Shown here piece by piece: positions 37,217 to 49,409 of a stretch of 64,000 nt of DNA; position 1 is the first letter of the stretch, and each line of letters opens with the position of its first letter. Under the pieces are notes generated by a model. It searched no databases. It was given only the letters and a program-made list of their open reading frames with translations, and was not told the DNA's origin. A program made the translations under genes and the position numbers. Source of the DNA: Centroscyllium fabricii (Eukaryota); assembly GCA_051313645.2 (NCBI GenBank), contig JBNRSN020000003.1, forward strand, positions 501,022,001 through 501,086,000, written 5' to 3'.

Positions 37217-37590
37217 TTACAGCACAGAAACAGGCCATTCGGCCCAACTGGTCTGTGCCAGTGTTTATGCTCCACACGAGCCTCCTCCCACCCCATTTCA
37301 TCTAACACTATCAGCACATCCTTCTGTTCAATTCTCCCTCATGCACTTACCTTAAATACATCTATGCGATTCGCCTCAACTACTCCATGTGGTAACGAGT
37401 TCCACATTATATCTCCTGAATTCCTTATTGGATTTGTTAGTGACTATCTTCGATTTATGACCCCTAGTTTTGGTCTCCCCCACCCCCCAATAAAAACCTT
37501 TTCTCTACACCTACCCTATCAAACCCCTTCATAATTTTAAAGATCGCTATTCAGTCACCCCTCACCCTTCTCTTTTTTTCTAGAGAAAAA
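37217..37590 (-). mobile_element. CR1-type LINE 3' fragment, degenerate
   Basis: ACAGCACAGAAACAGGCCATTCGGCCCAAC (CR1 3' UTR, reverse strand) and CCCCTAGTTTTGGTCTCCCC ORF2-end remnants. Confidence 0.6.
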
Positions 37591-37782
37591 ATGGTACAAA
37601 AAAAACTAATGCCACCATTGAGTCTTGTGAAAGTGGAAAGAAATATAGGACTTTGTTTTAATCTTCCTTGTAGTACTTCTCCTCAACTTCAGTGTCAATC
37701 AATCAATACCCATTGCACATGTTTAGTAATTCCTTTTTTTTCTGGATGAAAATTGACAAATCAAATCTTCAAGGAATAAATT

Positions 37783-38752
37783 CCTAGGCCCAACCATCTT
37801 CAGCTGCTTCATCGATAACCTTCCCTCCTTCATAAGGTCAGAAATGGGGATGTTCGCTGATGACTGCACAGTGTTCAGTTCCATTCGCAACTCCTCAGAT
37901 AATGAAGCAGTCCATGCCCGCAGGCAGCAAGACCTGGACGACATTCAGGCTTGGGCTGATAAATGGCAAGTAACATTCACGCCACACAAGTGCCAGGCAA
38001 TGACTATCTCCAGCAACAGAGAGTCTAACCACCGCCTCTTGACATTCAACGGCATTACCATCGCCGAATCCCCCACCATCACCATCCTGGGAGTCACTAT
38101 TGACTGGACACTTAACTGGACCAGCCACATAAATATTGTGGCTGCAAGGGCAGGCCAGAGGCTGGGTATTCTGCGGCGAGTGTCTCACCTCCTGACTCCC
38201 CAAAGCCTTTCCACCATCTACAAGGCACAAGTAAGGAGTGTGATGGAATACTCTCCACTTGTCTGGATGAGTGCAGCTCCAACAACACTCAAGAAGTTCG
38301 ACACCATCCAGGACAAAGCAGCCCGCTTGAATGGCACCCCATCCACCACCTTAAACATTCACTCCCTCCACCACCGGCGCACCATGGCTGCAATGTGTAC
38401 CATCTACAAGATGCACTGCAGCAACTCGCCAAGGCTTCTTCGGCAGCACCTCCCAAACCCGCGACCTCTTCCACCTAGATAGACCGGGGCAGCAGGCGCA
38501 TGGGAACACCATCACCTCCAAGTATGGAGAGTCACACACCATCCTGACTTGGAAGTATATCGCCGATCCTTCATTGTCGCTGGATCAAAATCCTGGAACT
38601 CTCTCCCTAACAGCACTGTGGGAGTACCTTCACCACAAGGACTGCAGCGGTTCAAGAAGGTGGCTCTCCATCACCTTCTCGAGGACAATTAGGAATGGGC
38701 AATAAATCTGGTCTTGCCAGCGATGCCCACATCCCAGGAACGGATATAAAAA
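37783..38752 (+). mobile_element. CR1-group LINE, 5'-truncated (second family)
   Basis: ORF 37844-38482 MFADD...WADKWQVTF...YKAQVRSVMEY; close paralog of the 3' part of 58811-60438. Confidence 0.85.
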
Positions 38753-39000
38753 TCAGTTTTAGTGTCCTGGTTGGCATTCAATAATTGGTAATTTGGCCAA
38801 AGATGATTCTTGTGTGATGGGCATAAATAAATGTGTAACCCTGATTGATTTAAAAATACATAAATGATTGTACTCAGTTGACATTAAAAAAAAAGTTTAC
38901 ATTGGGGAAACTGGGTGGGGCTGTAGGTTGGACACTAGCCTTTCACCTGTCGGGTCTGGGTTCAAATCCAGCCCATTCTGATGGGATGACGGTCTCTTTT

Positions 39001-39237
39001 TGCTGGCTATAAGGACTGTATGTGAAATAAGATTGGATATTAGGAACTTGCTGGCTATAAGGACTGTATGTGAAATAAAACTGGATATTAGAGTCTTGCT
39101 GGCTATAAGGACTGTATGTGAAATAAAACTGGATATTAGGGTCTTACTGGCTATAAGGACTATGTGAAATAAGACTGGATGTTAGGGGCTTGCTGGCTAT
39201 AAGGACTGTATGTGAAATGAGACTGGATATTAGGGGA
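39001..39237. repeat. Minisatellite, ~48-bp unit, 5 copies
   Basis: TGCTGGCTATAAGGACTGTATGTGAAATAA(G/A)ACTGGATATTAGGGTCT repeated. Confidence 0.9.
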
Positions 39238-39379
39238 CTTACAGTGCAACACTTTCACCAATTTGGCACTGATTGGTGATCTGACTCAGGCAACTGGATG
39301 GCTGGTAGGGAAAATTGAAAATAAATGTTGCACTGGTATGGTTGGAGGTGTTTTTTGAGGTTGAGGTTGCAGCACAAAG

Positions 39380-40060
39380 TTGGGGTTGCAGTACATCGGC
39401 GAGACAGTGCAGACACTACGACAGTGGATGAATGGACACCGCACAACAATCGTCAGGCAGGAGTGTCCCCTCCCAGTCGGGGAATACTTCAGCAGTCAAG
39501 GACGTTCAGCCTCCGATCTTCGGGCAAGCATTCTCCAAGGCGGCCTTCGAGACACACGACAACGCAAAATCGTCGAGCAGAGGCTGATAGCCAAGTTCCG
39601 CACTCATGAGCACGGCCTCGACCGTGATATTGGCTTCATGTCGCGCTACATGTGACCCCACCTGACGTAGAGTCATCCAGACTCGAGTTGTCTTTGGCTG
39701 GTCCTCACTACGTGGATACGGCTACGATTTCCAGCAAGAAAAATCTTTTTTTAAATCATTCTGTGGGTTTTCACACAGACACCAGACTGCAACATTTGAC
39801 CCTTTGTGACTGCACCTCATTGATCTCAGGCTGGTGTCTGGATGACTGATGTGTTGGAACACCTTTGATTGCTTTGGGTGGCTCTCTGCTGAGGTGTGAT
39901 GTTGGACAGTTGAGAGGATTGCATTGTTCTCTCCTTCGAGATATGCTGTGTTTAAGTGAATCTCTTTTGCATACACCTGATGAAGGAGCTACGTTCCAAA
40001 AGCTTGTGATTTCAAATAAAACTGTTGGACTATATATAACCTGGTGTTGTGACTTCTTAC
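39380..40060 (+). mobile_element. Penelope-like element 3' end (GIY-YIG remnant plus pLTR)
   Basis: QYIGETVQTLRQWMNGHRTTI...PVGEYF...EQRLIAKFRTHEHGLDRD; CACCTGATGAAGGAGC hammerhead remnant near 39974; same pLTR as 1063, 3022 and 34680. Confidence 0.85.
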
Positions 40061-40408
40061 AATAGCACAGAGTAAGGGAGAGTTTTACTTTATCAAGTTG
40101 TGTTACACTGTTGGGTGCTTAATGACATTGGTGCCTTTCATTGGAAGAGCCGGTGGGGAGGGTCGGGGAAAACCACATTAAGCAGCAGTCGTGTGCGCAT
40201 GTTTAACTTGACCAACAGAGGAGCTAAAATGCATAAACTCTTGCCCGAGGCAACGCGTTTTTTTTAAACCTTGTGTTATTTCTTTGAATTTCTATCTTCC
40301 ATCAGGTTAAAACATTTACTTCAAAAGCAAATTTAATTTTTTTTTAGCAATCATTTCTCGAGTGTTTAATCAAAGGTTAGCTTTATGCTGTGAAATTAAA
40401 TGCTTGTA

Positions 40409-41131
40409 CAGGAAAGTCTTTGATATCCGGCACCGACGGGACCGGTGTAACATAGAATCATAGAAACATAGAAGATAGGAGCAGGAGTAGGCCATTCGGC
40501 CCTTCGGCCATTCAATGAGATCATGGCTGATCATCCAAACCCAGTACCCTGTCCCTGCCTCGTTCCCATATCCCTCGATCCCTATCGAGCCTGCACCGAC
40601 ACATATCCCACCCCATCCCCGTAACCCCACGCATTCAATCCCCCTAACACTAAGGGTCAATTTATCATGGCCAATCAACCTAACCGCACATCTTTGGACT
40701 GTGGGAGGAAACTGGAGCACCCGGAGGAAACCCAGACAGACACGGGGAGAATGTGCAAACTCCACACAGATAGTACCCGAGGCTGGATTTGACCCCGGGT
40801 CTCTAGTGCTGTAAGGCAACAGTGCTAACCACTATGCCACCATGCCGGATAATGGAGAGGGTTATCTACCGAGACTTTTTAACAAAGAAAAATAAAAAAA
40901 ATCAATAAATGTGTAGTATACAGTAATTGGGTACTCATCTACAGAATGTTGTGTTAACTGGATGTGGATTGTGGCAGTTTGGAGAACCACCCCTACTGAT
41001 TAACTCGGCCACCACAGGAGACTCGGACTCGGCAACATTGCCGGTTATTGAGGTGTTGTTTTTGGATGAGAATTTAGCCGGTTAATAGAGAATTCTGGAT
41101 ATTTAGGTGCCGGTTAAACAAGAGGTTCCTG
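40409..41131. mobile_element. Tc1/mariner-type MITE containing a SINE
   Basis: TA|CAGGAAAGTCTT...ATCCGGCAC and GTGCCGGTTAAACAAGAGGTTCCTG|TA. Confidence 0.7.
40452..40845 (-). mobile_element. HE1-type V-SINE with CR1 3' tail
   Basis: Reverse complement of the V-core and tRNA head; tail matches the CR1 3' UTR at about 30780-30906. Confidence 0.85.
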
Positions 41132-43076
41132 TAATAATCGTCATATCTTGGTGAAACCCGATCAGATGCAGTAATTTCAATTCGGTCAGCTTTTTTGCTG
41201 AAAGTAACCGTTTGTTGTCTTGCAGTTTTCAGGTGAAAAGTACAACAAAGAAGCACTTCTGAGGATGTTAAATTGGCAATACTGCATGGAATTAATGATT
41301 TACAAAGAATTTTTTGCTGATATGAAAATTGATTAATGTTTGAGGCTTCAAAGTTTCATATTTAAGTGCCTGCTTTTTGATGGAAAACTAAAGGTGTTTT
41401 GCTTTTGCAGGATCAGAAAACAATGCGTTGAGTGCACTTCCCCAAGAGTAGGTCTGTGGAGCGATTTATACCCATGGATTAAATGTCAGGTTTCAGAAGC
41501 CGCACCTTTAATCGTAGCTGGCAACCTCCTTCACGCCAAGGGTCTACCACAATTTAAATTACAACTTTTCATACCTGACATTTAATCTGTGGCTATAAAT
41601 CACTGTAGATATCCATTATTCTTTAATTAAAGGAATAGTTGGACTAATGCTAAAGAAACACCTTGAAATTAGGCTCTCTGACTATTGGCGTCCATATGAA
41701 ATTACCTTGTCCACTTTTTAATGGAGGGGCAATTTAAAATAAACGAGTTGGTTACTTGGCACTGCCATTAAATAGCAGATAAACCAATTTCAAACAAACG
41801 CATTAAGTATTCATATGCTAATACTCAAAAAGCCTCATTTTAAGACATCGATATTATCTATCTAATCCTCTCAGCTACTGCAGTGCACAAAATAATAAAA
41901 TACCTCTTATTCAACTCCGGAAAATGATGACCCAATTGACTGAAAAGACTGATGCACCTATTAGCACTATCTAAAATGTCATGAGATTTTTTTTCGAGAC
42001 TGATCCCTACCTGCCGCAGGCTAGCCTACCATATAGAGCCTTGTAGCCATTTGCACAGAACTCATTAACTCCTGAAAGGATAGAGCCAATTAAGTATTTA
42101 GACGAGCTACTTTATTCACGCTGGAATGGTTTTCCAACATCTGTCACCTTACAAAACATCAAAAATCATGAAGTGACGTTTGGGTGCAAAGTTTTACTTT
42201 TATATAGATTTTTATTTCCTTAATGGGTATGCAAACTTGGGGATATAATTGAAGAATAAAGTAAAATTAAATTATCGTACATGATATTAGGTGATAGGGT
42301 GAAATGTTCACGTCTAGGTCTGGTCAGGCCCATTTCTGACACCAAAATGGTGCACAAACCAGGAAGTTTTACTGCAAGGGAAAATGGTCAATTCCTGTTG
42401 ATTCGAAGTTGGTGAATTTAAATAATCTGATAATTCCAATGTTTTTAGTACTCAATTTCCACTTTACATTGCTTAATTCAAATGCTTGTGTAATTCAAAT
42501 CTTTTAGTGGAAAACATGACTTTTGAATAATGAGTAGACTGTAAATGCCAGTTTTAAAGAGCTGCAGGTGATCTTCAAGAGATTTGCATGACTTGAACCA
42601 GCTATGCAAAAAATAAATACATTAGCAATGTTCTTCGAGGATTTCAACAAAATCCAATTTAGGTAAAGTTTACTCACCTTTTGCTTGATATGTAAATTAG
42701 GAAACTTGGTGAGGACAATTCAACAAAAGAATTGCTAAACTTACCAGATCAATGCCCACAATGGTTTGGAGTATTGCAGCTACCTTCCTGTGGTACTCAA
42801 AAAGAGGGAAATACTTTTTTTCCTTCAATACATTCGGTGAACTGTTACACCAGTTCTTAATATATTTGCAGTGTTGATAGTACTGCTAATAAAAGAACAA
42901 ATTTGCATTTATGTAGTGCCTTTCATGACCTCAAGGCTCTGGAATGGGAGTTGAATCCATAACCTTCTGACTCAGTGGCAAGAGCGCCACTACTGAACCA
43001 CGGCAGACACCCAAGCATAGAATTCCCTACGGAATAAATTGCTGTTCTGCTTCACTTGCATAATCTCAAAAGTGTT

Positions 43077-43737
43077 TGGGGGAAAAGTTTGGTTGCTTGC
43101 GCCAGCCGTTAGCGCCCTAGGAGGGGCGCACATGGGGCGCAAAGTACCTAGCACCTGGGCGTGGCACCGCCCATGCCTCCCGTGAAATTCAGCGGGAGGC
43201 TGGTGGCGGCGGTAGCTGTTAGCGCCCCGTGGCGCTGCATTGCCAGCGATGACATCGTCGCCGTGCGCAGCGCCCTGCTCACGCCCCGGTCGCGATCTTC
43301 AGTAGCACCCCCTGACTTACCGCCAGACGCTGTGTCCGACAGGGTCAGGGGGGTGTACTTGCAGCCGGGGCAGCGCAAAATAAAGGAGAGGTGCCGGGCG
43401 GCCATTTTTGTTGCTGGCCGCCTGCCAGCACCTGCCCCCTCTGCCGTCCCCGGCCTCCTGTGAAGCCCCCTCTGAGGAGTGCCGGCAGTGTCGGGCTCTT
43501 TTGCCGGCACTCCGATCCTTGCTGGCCCAGCTGGGCCCCGGGTCGCGCTGAGCTAGGCCCCTCCACTTTAAGAAGGGATGGAAGGCACGCAGCGCCGAGA
43601 TATTCAGTCGCAGCGTCCCTGCTTGGGGCGCTACAACTGAATTTGCAGCACAATAACGCTAACTTTTTCGGGGCGCTAAAAGTAGTGCCTCACCGAGGTT
43701 AGCGCCCCAAAGGGGGCGCGACTCAATTTTTTCCCAA
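43077..43737. mobile_element. Harbinger-type MITE (6392 family)
   Basis: G-rich/C-rich imperfect TIRs; shared GTGCCGGGCGGCCATTTTTGTTGCTGGCCG core. Confidence 0.75.
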
Positions 43738-44443
43738 TTTGAATCCACAAATGAAAAGAATAAGTACCATGTATTGATATAATGCAACAATATGCGTTAC
43801 AGGTTTACTATTATACATGTTAAACTATTACTTTGCACGAGGTTACAATAAATAGACAACATTATGAATTTTATTGAAGGTCTTGCATTACAGGCCAGGC
43901 ATAGCCGCAGCATATAATCCTTGAGTAAAATAGTAGGTAATTATCTTAAATGTCAAGCCATTAATACTTTGTGATCAACTGAAAAAGGTTTCGATCCAAA
44001 CTGGCTTGGTGGTTGATCTGATTTGAATCAATTGTATGTTTGGTGAGATATGTTTCACTTTTTACTCTTGGAAAAATAGCAAGTCCTGTTTTGCTATTCA
44101 ATGTGGCTCATAGTAAAGTATGAGCAATTGAGGACTTAAAAAAAAAAAGAAATACTTCCCATAGAGAACAGATGTTGCAGGCGATTAGGAAAGCATCTCT
44201 TGCACTGGAGGTGGTCGTATAAAGGCGACTGTCATATACAATGATGTATATTCATTTTTAAAGTAGTTCAATCTAGAGCAACCATAATGCGCAGGTACCA
44301 CTGCCAATCTACGGGGTATCTAGGAAAATTTCTCATTTGTAGCTGAAACCTCGGGTTATGTTACTGATGAGTCTAACTTTGTGTTATCTCAGTAGCACTA
44401 TGCCAGTTCAGATCAATCGACATGACTTTATTTGCTCTTTCAG

Positions 44444-44525
44444 GTTTGCCCGACTTGAGGAAGGTAATAATAATTCCCTATGTACGACCAAGAGAGACCG
44501 TGGACCTGTCCAGGATACCGAACAG
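44444..44525 (+). CDS. AACS: Acetoacetyl-CoA synthetase, next coding exon
   Basis: tttcag|GTTTGCCC...AACAG|gtgaaa; 82 nt; (G)[26 protein letters not shown](S); phase 1 to phase 2, compatible with both neighbours. Confidence 0.94.
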
Positions 44526-44913
44526 GTGAAAACTCATGAATATTATTCCGATTGAGTATTTGTTGCAATGGCAACTGATATTTCTGCGCAGACAATGTGA
44601 TGACAACTATTGCTAGCATTTCTATAGCATCTTGAATGTCCCAAGGTACTTCACAGAAGAGAAGTTGGCACCGAGCAGACGGAAGGCACAGTCGGAAAGA
44701 TGGGTTTTGAAGAGGAAACTTTAAAGCTGGAGAGAGGATGGGGCGGTGGAGGGGATAGTAAAAGATGAATGGTTTAGATGAGCAGTTCCAGAGAGCAAAG
44801 CCACAATGGCCGAATGTTCTGTCACAAGTGGTGGAATGAGATGGTGGGGAGGGGAGGGGGGGTGGTGTGGTGGGTTGTCAGCTGTACAGAAGGCCAGCAT
44901 TCAAATTAAGATA

Positions 44914-45217
44914 CAGGTCTGACACCGTTAATCCGGAACCGGTGGGACCAGGACGCACACGCCGGTGGCCATTTTGAATGGTCTGTGCAGGCGCTCGCTG
45001 AAGCATCAATCGTTCGGGGAGAGGCCCGGGCATGCGCAGCCAAGCATGGCAGCCATTTTGCGCATGCGCAAACCAGTCGGGCAGTCGGGGAGAGGCCCGG
45101 GCATGCGCAGCCAAGCGCAGTGGCCATTTTGCGCATGCGCAGACCAGTTGGCCGGATTCGTTCCGGACGACTGAAGTTTCCGGATTAACGGTGTCCGGAT
45201 TAACGGTGCCGGACCTG
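44914..45217. mobile_element. Tigger-like MITE
   Basis: TA|CAGGTCTGACACCGTTAATCCGG ... CCGGATTAACGGTGCCGGACCTG|TA; internal direct duplication with GCGCATGCGC. Confidence 0.8.
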
Positions 45218-45566
45218 TACTTTCACTTGTCAACTCCAAAACTACTAGTTTTATAAACCTGTACTTCACAAGACAAATGATTATAAATCCTGAATAAAAA
45301 CGGAATGTTGGGAGTATAGTGGCTCAGATGATATCTAAAAGAAAGGCAGGTTGATGTTTACTTTGGAAGTTTAAACACTGAATTTTATGCCCAAGGCGAA
45401 TGTTATTGATTCTGGGGAATAGGATATCTTTACCTCTGTCTAGTGTCTATCACAGTCATAGATCAGATATCACACCGGGTGGTTGCAAGGTGTAAGGTAA
45501 TGCTCACTGGTATTGTTCTGTGCACTAGCTCCAACCACAGAAAAGTACCTACCATTAGGACCTAAT

Positions 45567-46155
45567 ACGATAGTAAAATACTGCGGATGCTGGAAATCTG
45601 AAAAAACAACAGAAAACGCTGGAGAAACTCAGCAGGCCAGGCAGCAGCGGTGGAGAGAGATGCAGATTTAACGTTTCAGGTCGAAGCCCTTTTTTCAAAA
45701 CTAGAGAAGCCAGGAGGGGAGAGAGATTTTAAAGCTTGTGGGAAATCACACCTATGCTGAGCCATCCTGTGTTTCTTCAATTTCTCCACATATCTCTTAT
45801 CTCCCATGCCTTCTAGCCTGTCGCAGTTCTTTCAGCCACCGCCCCCCCCTTTCCCCAACCCCCACAAGCCGGACCACCGAAAATTCCAAACCACTGAAGG
45901 TTCGGGGGGAGCGGGCGGGTAGAACACTCCCTGGGGCCCGGAGCGCGCAGGTCGAACACTCCCTGGGAGGGAGCCCGGAGATAGAACACTTACAAAACCT
46001 AAAAAAACAGCAACCCAAACGCCCGCCGCCTTCGGTGCTCGCTCACCCTTCCCGGGAAACGGCTGCTCCGCAAAATGAAGAGCGCTGGTTTCCAATCGTG
46101 CCGGACCACCGAAGCTGCTGGACCATCGGATGCCGGATTACCGGTGCTCAACCTG
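45567..46155. mobile_element. Penelope pLTR fragment followed by a partial Tigger-like MITE
   Basis: AAAATACTGCGGATGCTGGAAATC family sequence with an inverted portion (to about 45860); MITE end CCGGTGCTCAACCTG|TA at 46155. Confidence 0.6.
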
Positions 46156-46159
46156 TATA

Positions 46160-46700
46160 GCGCGTTTCATGACCTCTGGAAGTTCCAAAACGCTTCACAG
46201 CCAATGAAATGTGGTCACTGGTGAAAGGTAGAGCAACACAGTCAATTTGAGCACAGTGATGAGATGAATAACCAATTTGTGGTGTTGGTTGAGGGCTAAA
46301 TGTTGGCCAGGACACTGGGAGAACGCCCCTGTTCTTCTTCGATAATGGGATTTTTTACGTCCACCTGAGCGGATAGACAGGATCTCGGTGTAACGTCTCA
46401 TCTGAATGACGGGTCTGCAGTACTGCACTGGAGTGTTGGCCTAGATTATGTGCTCAAGTCCAAGAGCACGGCTAGAAGCTACATCCTTCTGAATTGAGTA
46501 AGAGTGCAATTAGTAAGCCACTTCTGATACCTACTCTTACCTCTTAAGTTAGAAGATTGTGGATTCAAATCCCACTCCGGAACTTGAGCACATAATCCAC
46601 AAGCGTCTGCTATTCAAATGGATGTAAAGTATCCGATGGCATAATTTGAAAAAGAGCACGGCAGTATCCCAGTGTCCTGGCCTTCATTTCCTCCTCAGCC
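46160..46700. mobile_element. Two degenerate SacSINE1-type fragments in opposite orientation
   Basis: About 46160-46520 on -, 46520-46700 on +; both match 1939-2380. Confidence 0.6.
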
Positions 46701-46719
46701 AGTACAAATAAAATACATT

Positions 46720-47425
46720 GGGGGGAAAATTCGTTTGATTTGCGCCTCCCGTTCGTGCCCTATTGGGCGCCAATGGGGCGCAAAGCAACTAGCGCCTGGG
46801 CGTGGCGCCGCTAACACCTGCCCTGAAATTCAGTGGGAGGTTAGCAGCGGCGGTAAATGTTAGCGCCCCGCGGTGCTGCGCCGCCGGCGATTACGTCATC
46901 GCCGTGCGCAGCGACCCGGCCGCGATCTTCCTTAGCGCCCCCTGACTTATTTCCGGGTGCCATGTCCGACTGGGTCAAGGGGGCTTACCTGCGGCCGGGG
47001 TGGCACAAATTAAAGGGCAGGTGCCAGGTGGCCATTTTTGTTGCTGGCCGTCTGCCAGCACCTGCCCGCTGTGCCGTCCCCGGCCTCCTCTGCAGCACCC
47101 CCCCCCCCGCTGCAGAGTGCCGGCTGCGCTCCGTGAGCCGGGCTCTTTTGCTGGTGCTCTGATATCCCTGGTGACCCAGCTGGGCCCTGGGTCGCACTGT
47201 GCTAGGCCCCTCCTCTTTAATCAGAGGAGGAAGGCCTGCAGTACCGCGGCGCGACGTGCCGCAGAGCGTGGCACTGCGTCATATCGCGCTGCGATATTCA
47301 CTCGCAGCGCCCCAAGAGGGAGGTGGGGCGCTACTGGAAGCACACCACCTCCCTCTTGGGGCTCTACTGATGAATTTCGGACGTGAGGGGTGCTCACTTT
47401 TTCGGGGCGCGACCCAATTGTTCCC
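46720..47425. mobile_element. Harbinger-type MITE (6392 family)
   Basis: GGGGGGAAAATT ... AATTGTTCCC ends; TSD ATT. Confidence 0.8.
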
Positions 47426-48316
47426 ATTAACTTTTTTCCCGTTTTCTCTTTCTCTTTCAAACAGATTTTATGTCGAGTTTTTCTTTAAAAGACACAATTT
47501 TTCCCTCCCTCCTTCCACTCTTTTGCTTTCTGTTTCCCCTCCCTATATTGGAAGTTAGAATGCCGAGTTAATATTTTTTGGAAAGGTCATTATTTGTAAC
47601 TTAATGGATCATAAATGATATTTTCTTTTCTAATGGTGTTCAAGTTATGCTAACAAACTGCAATATGAAATAATACATCTGTGGAATTGGTCTGGATATT
47701 TACAACAACCTCTGTCTGCATAGTTAAACCAGAGTTTACTGAACTCTGTATAACATGTATTTTGGTTGTCTTGAGCCATTAGTCCTCCGTGCTTTTCAGC
47801 TTGCAAGCGTTTTCCCTTATTTCAATGTACAAGGAATCAATTGGCTGCATTTTTTGGCCTGGAATTTGCGGCCAGCAGCCAAGCAAAGGCGTTGGCTGCT
47901 GGCCCTGATGTACATTCCGCCCAGGGATCTCGCAATCCCTGAGTCGAGAATTTCAGGTTTTCCGACCTTGAATTCAACTTGGCAGAACTTAATGGGGGAT
48001 CCCCGTGCGCGAACTGCCATGAGGTCAACAGGCTGTCGAAGCAGCCAATCAAAAGGCAGAATTCACACAACCCGTGAACAAGGAAGTGAGTAAAATAGTT
48101 ATAAAGAGAGCAAAAGAAAGATTGGAGTTCTCACATGGGGAAAAGACAAACCTAAAATAAAGATGCACAAATTGAACAAAAAAGTAAATAACTTTTGTTG
48201 AAAAGTTTCTTAATTTTAATTTTTAATTAAAATAAACAAGTTTCACACTGCACAAAATTAAAATTAGTTTTCCAGGCCCTTAATATTTGTTGAAAAATAT
48301 GCTGCGAAAACCCTTT

Positions 48317-49409
48317 GGCCGAATAATTGGCAGTCTAACGCCGACCGATTAGCGCCAGAAAATGGGTGCTAAAAATTTTGCACTGCGCCCAAAATTCGGC
48401 AATCGATTAGCGCTGGTGCTAACTGTTAGTGCGCGCTACTTGGCGCACCTGAATCCTTGCTGATATCCTGGTGCAACGGCCACCCCCAGGGCTGCACCCG
48501 AAATTGACGAGCGGCCACCTAACTGACGCCTAGCGCTGCCAGCGCCAACTTTCACAAACACAGCTGAGGTGATGGGCTGCTGGGGCGTTCTTTAAAGGGA
48601 GACACTTAATTCTAATAATAATAATAATTAAACTTTTATTGTCGTTATACAATGTACAAGTACATGAACAACGAAATGTGATCTTGCAAGCTCCCAAGAG
48701 TCCAGCAAAGCCGCTGCATCTGTGCGCGCCGCCATTCCATCTTTCCATCTTTCCATCATTCCGACAATCTTCAGCCAACCGCCCCTCCCCGGGGCTCCTT
48801 TCGTGACCTTCTGCACCTGGTATTCCCTGGTGGTTACCCATCCAAGTACTAACCAGGCCTGGCTCTGCTTAGCTTCCAAGCCTTGCCAGTGACCCTGTCC
48901 CTAGTCCCAGGAACAGGGTTCCTTTCATGCGGTAGCCATTTTGTGGGAGATCGGAGACAGACAGAGGGATGTTCGGAGAGTTACAGAGAGAGACAGAGGG
49001 AGGTGAGGGGAGATCGGAGACAGACAGGGGGAGGTTAGGAGAGTTACAGAGGGAGGTGAGGGGAGATCGGAGACAGAGAGGGAGGTGAGGAGAGATGGAG
49101 AGGAGAGATACAGAGAGAGGCAGAGGGAGGTGAGGAGACATCATATACTGTTTCCCCTCCCCCTTTAAGAGCTGGCTGGCGTTGCTGGGAAGGCCAGGAG
49201 TGGCAGATGGAGCGCTGCGCCCTCGCTCGCCACTTAGCGTCTGAATATTGGCCGTTTGCACCCGTGCAACGCTTGATTTAGCGCTGCAATCTGCAAGGCC
49301 GGCGCTAAAGCGAATATCGGGGGCTCCGGCACTAATTTGCATCCGGCGCCAATTTTAGCGCTGCGCCGAGGTTAGCGCCCCAAAATGTGCGCTGACCAAT
49401 TTTTCGGCC
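48317..49409. mobile_element. Harbinger-type MITE (33347 family), nested
   Basis: TIR GGCCGAATAATTGG / CCAATTTTTCGGCC; TSD TTT; many TTAGCGC motifs; GA-rich internal repeat. Confidence 0.82.
48608..48940 (-). mobile_element. 5S rRNA-derived SINE with Rex/Babar-derived body and tail
   Basis: 48807-48880 reads CTTGGAAGCTAAGCAGAGCCAGGCCTGGTTAGTACTTGGATGGGTAACCACCAGGGAATACCAGGTGCAGAAGG (3' part of 5S rRNA with the internal promoter); tail TTTCGTTG..TACTTGTAC..GACAATAAA(ATT)n. 5' boundary uncertain. Confidence 0.75.

Noticed and set aside
39001-39237. CRISPR-like array (also the repeats at 18970-19545 and 33720-33870)
   Set aside because: Head-to-tail tandem repeats without unique spacers, no cas genes, vertebrate context.
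48807-48880. Functional 5S rRNA gene
   Set aside because: The first ~43 nt are missing, there is no oligo-T terminator, and it is joined to LINE-derived sequence.
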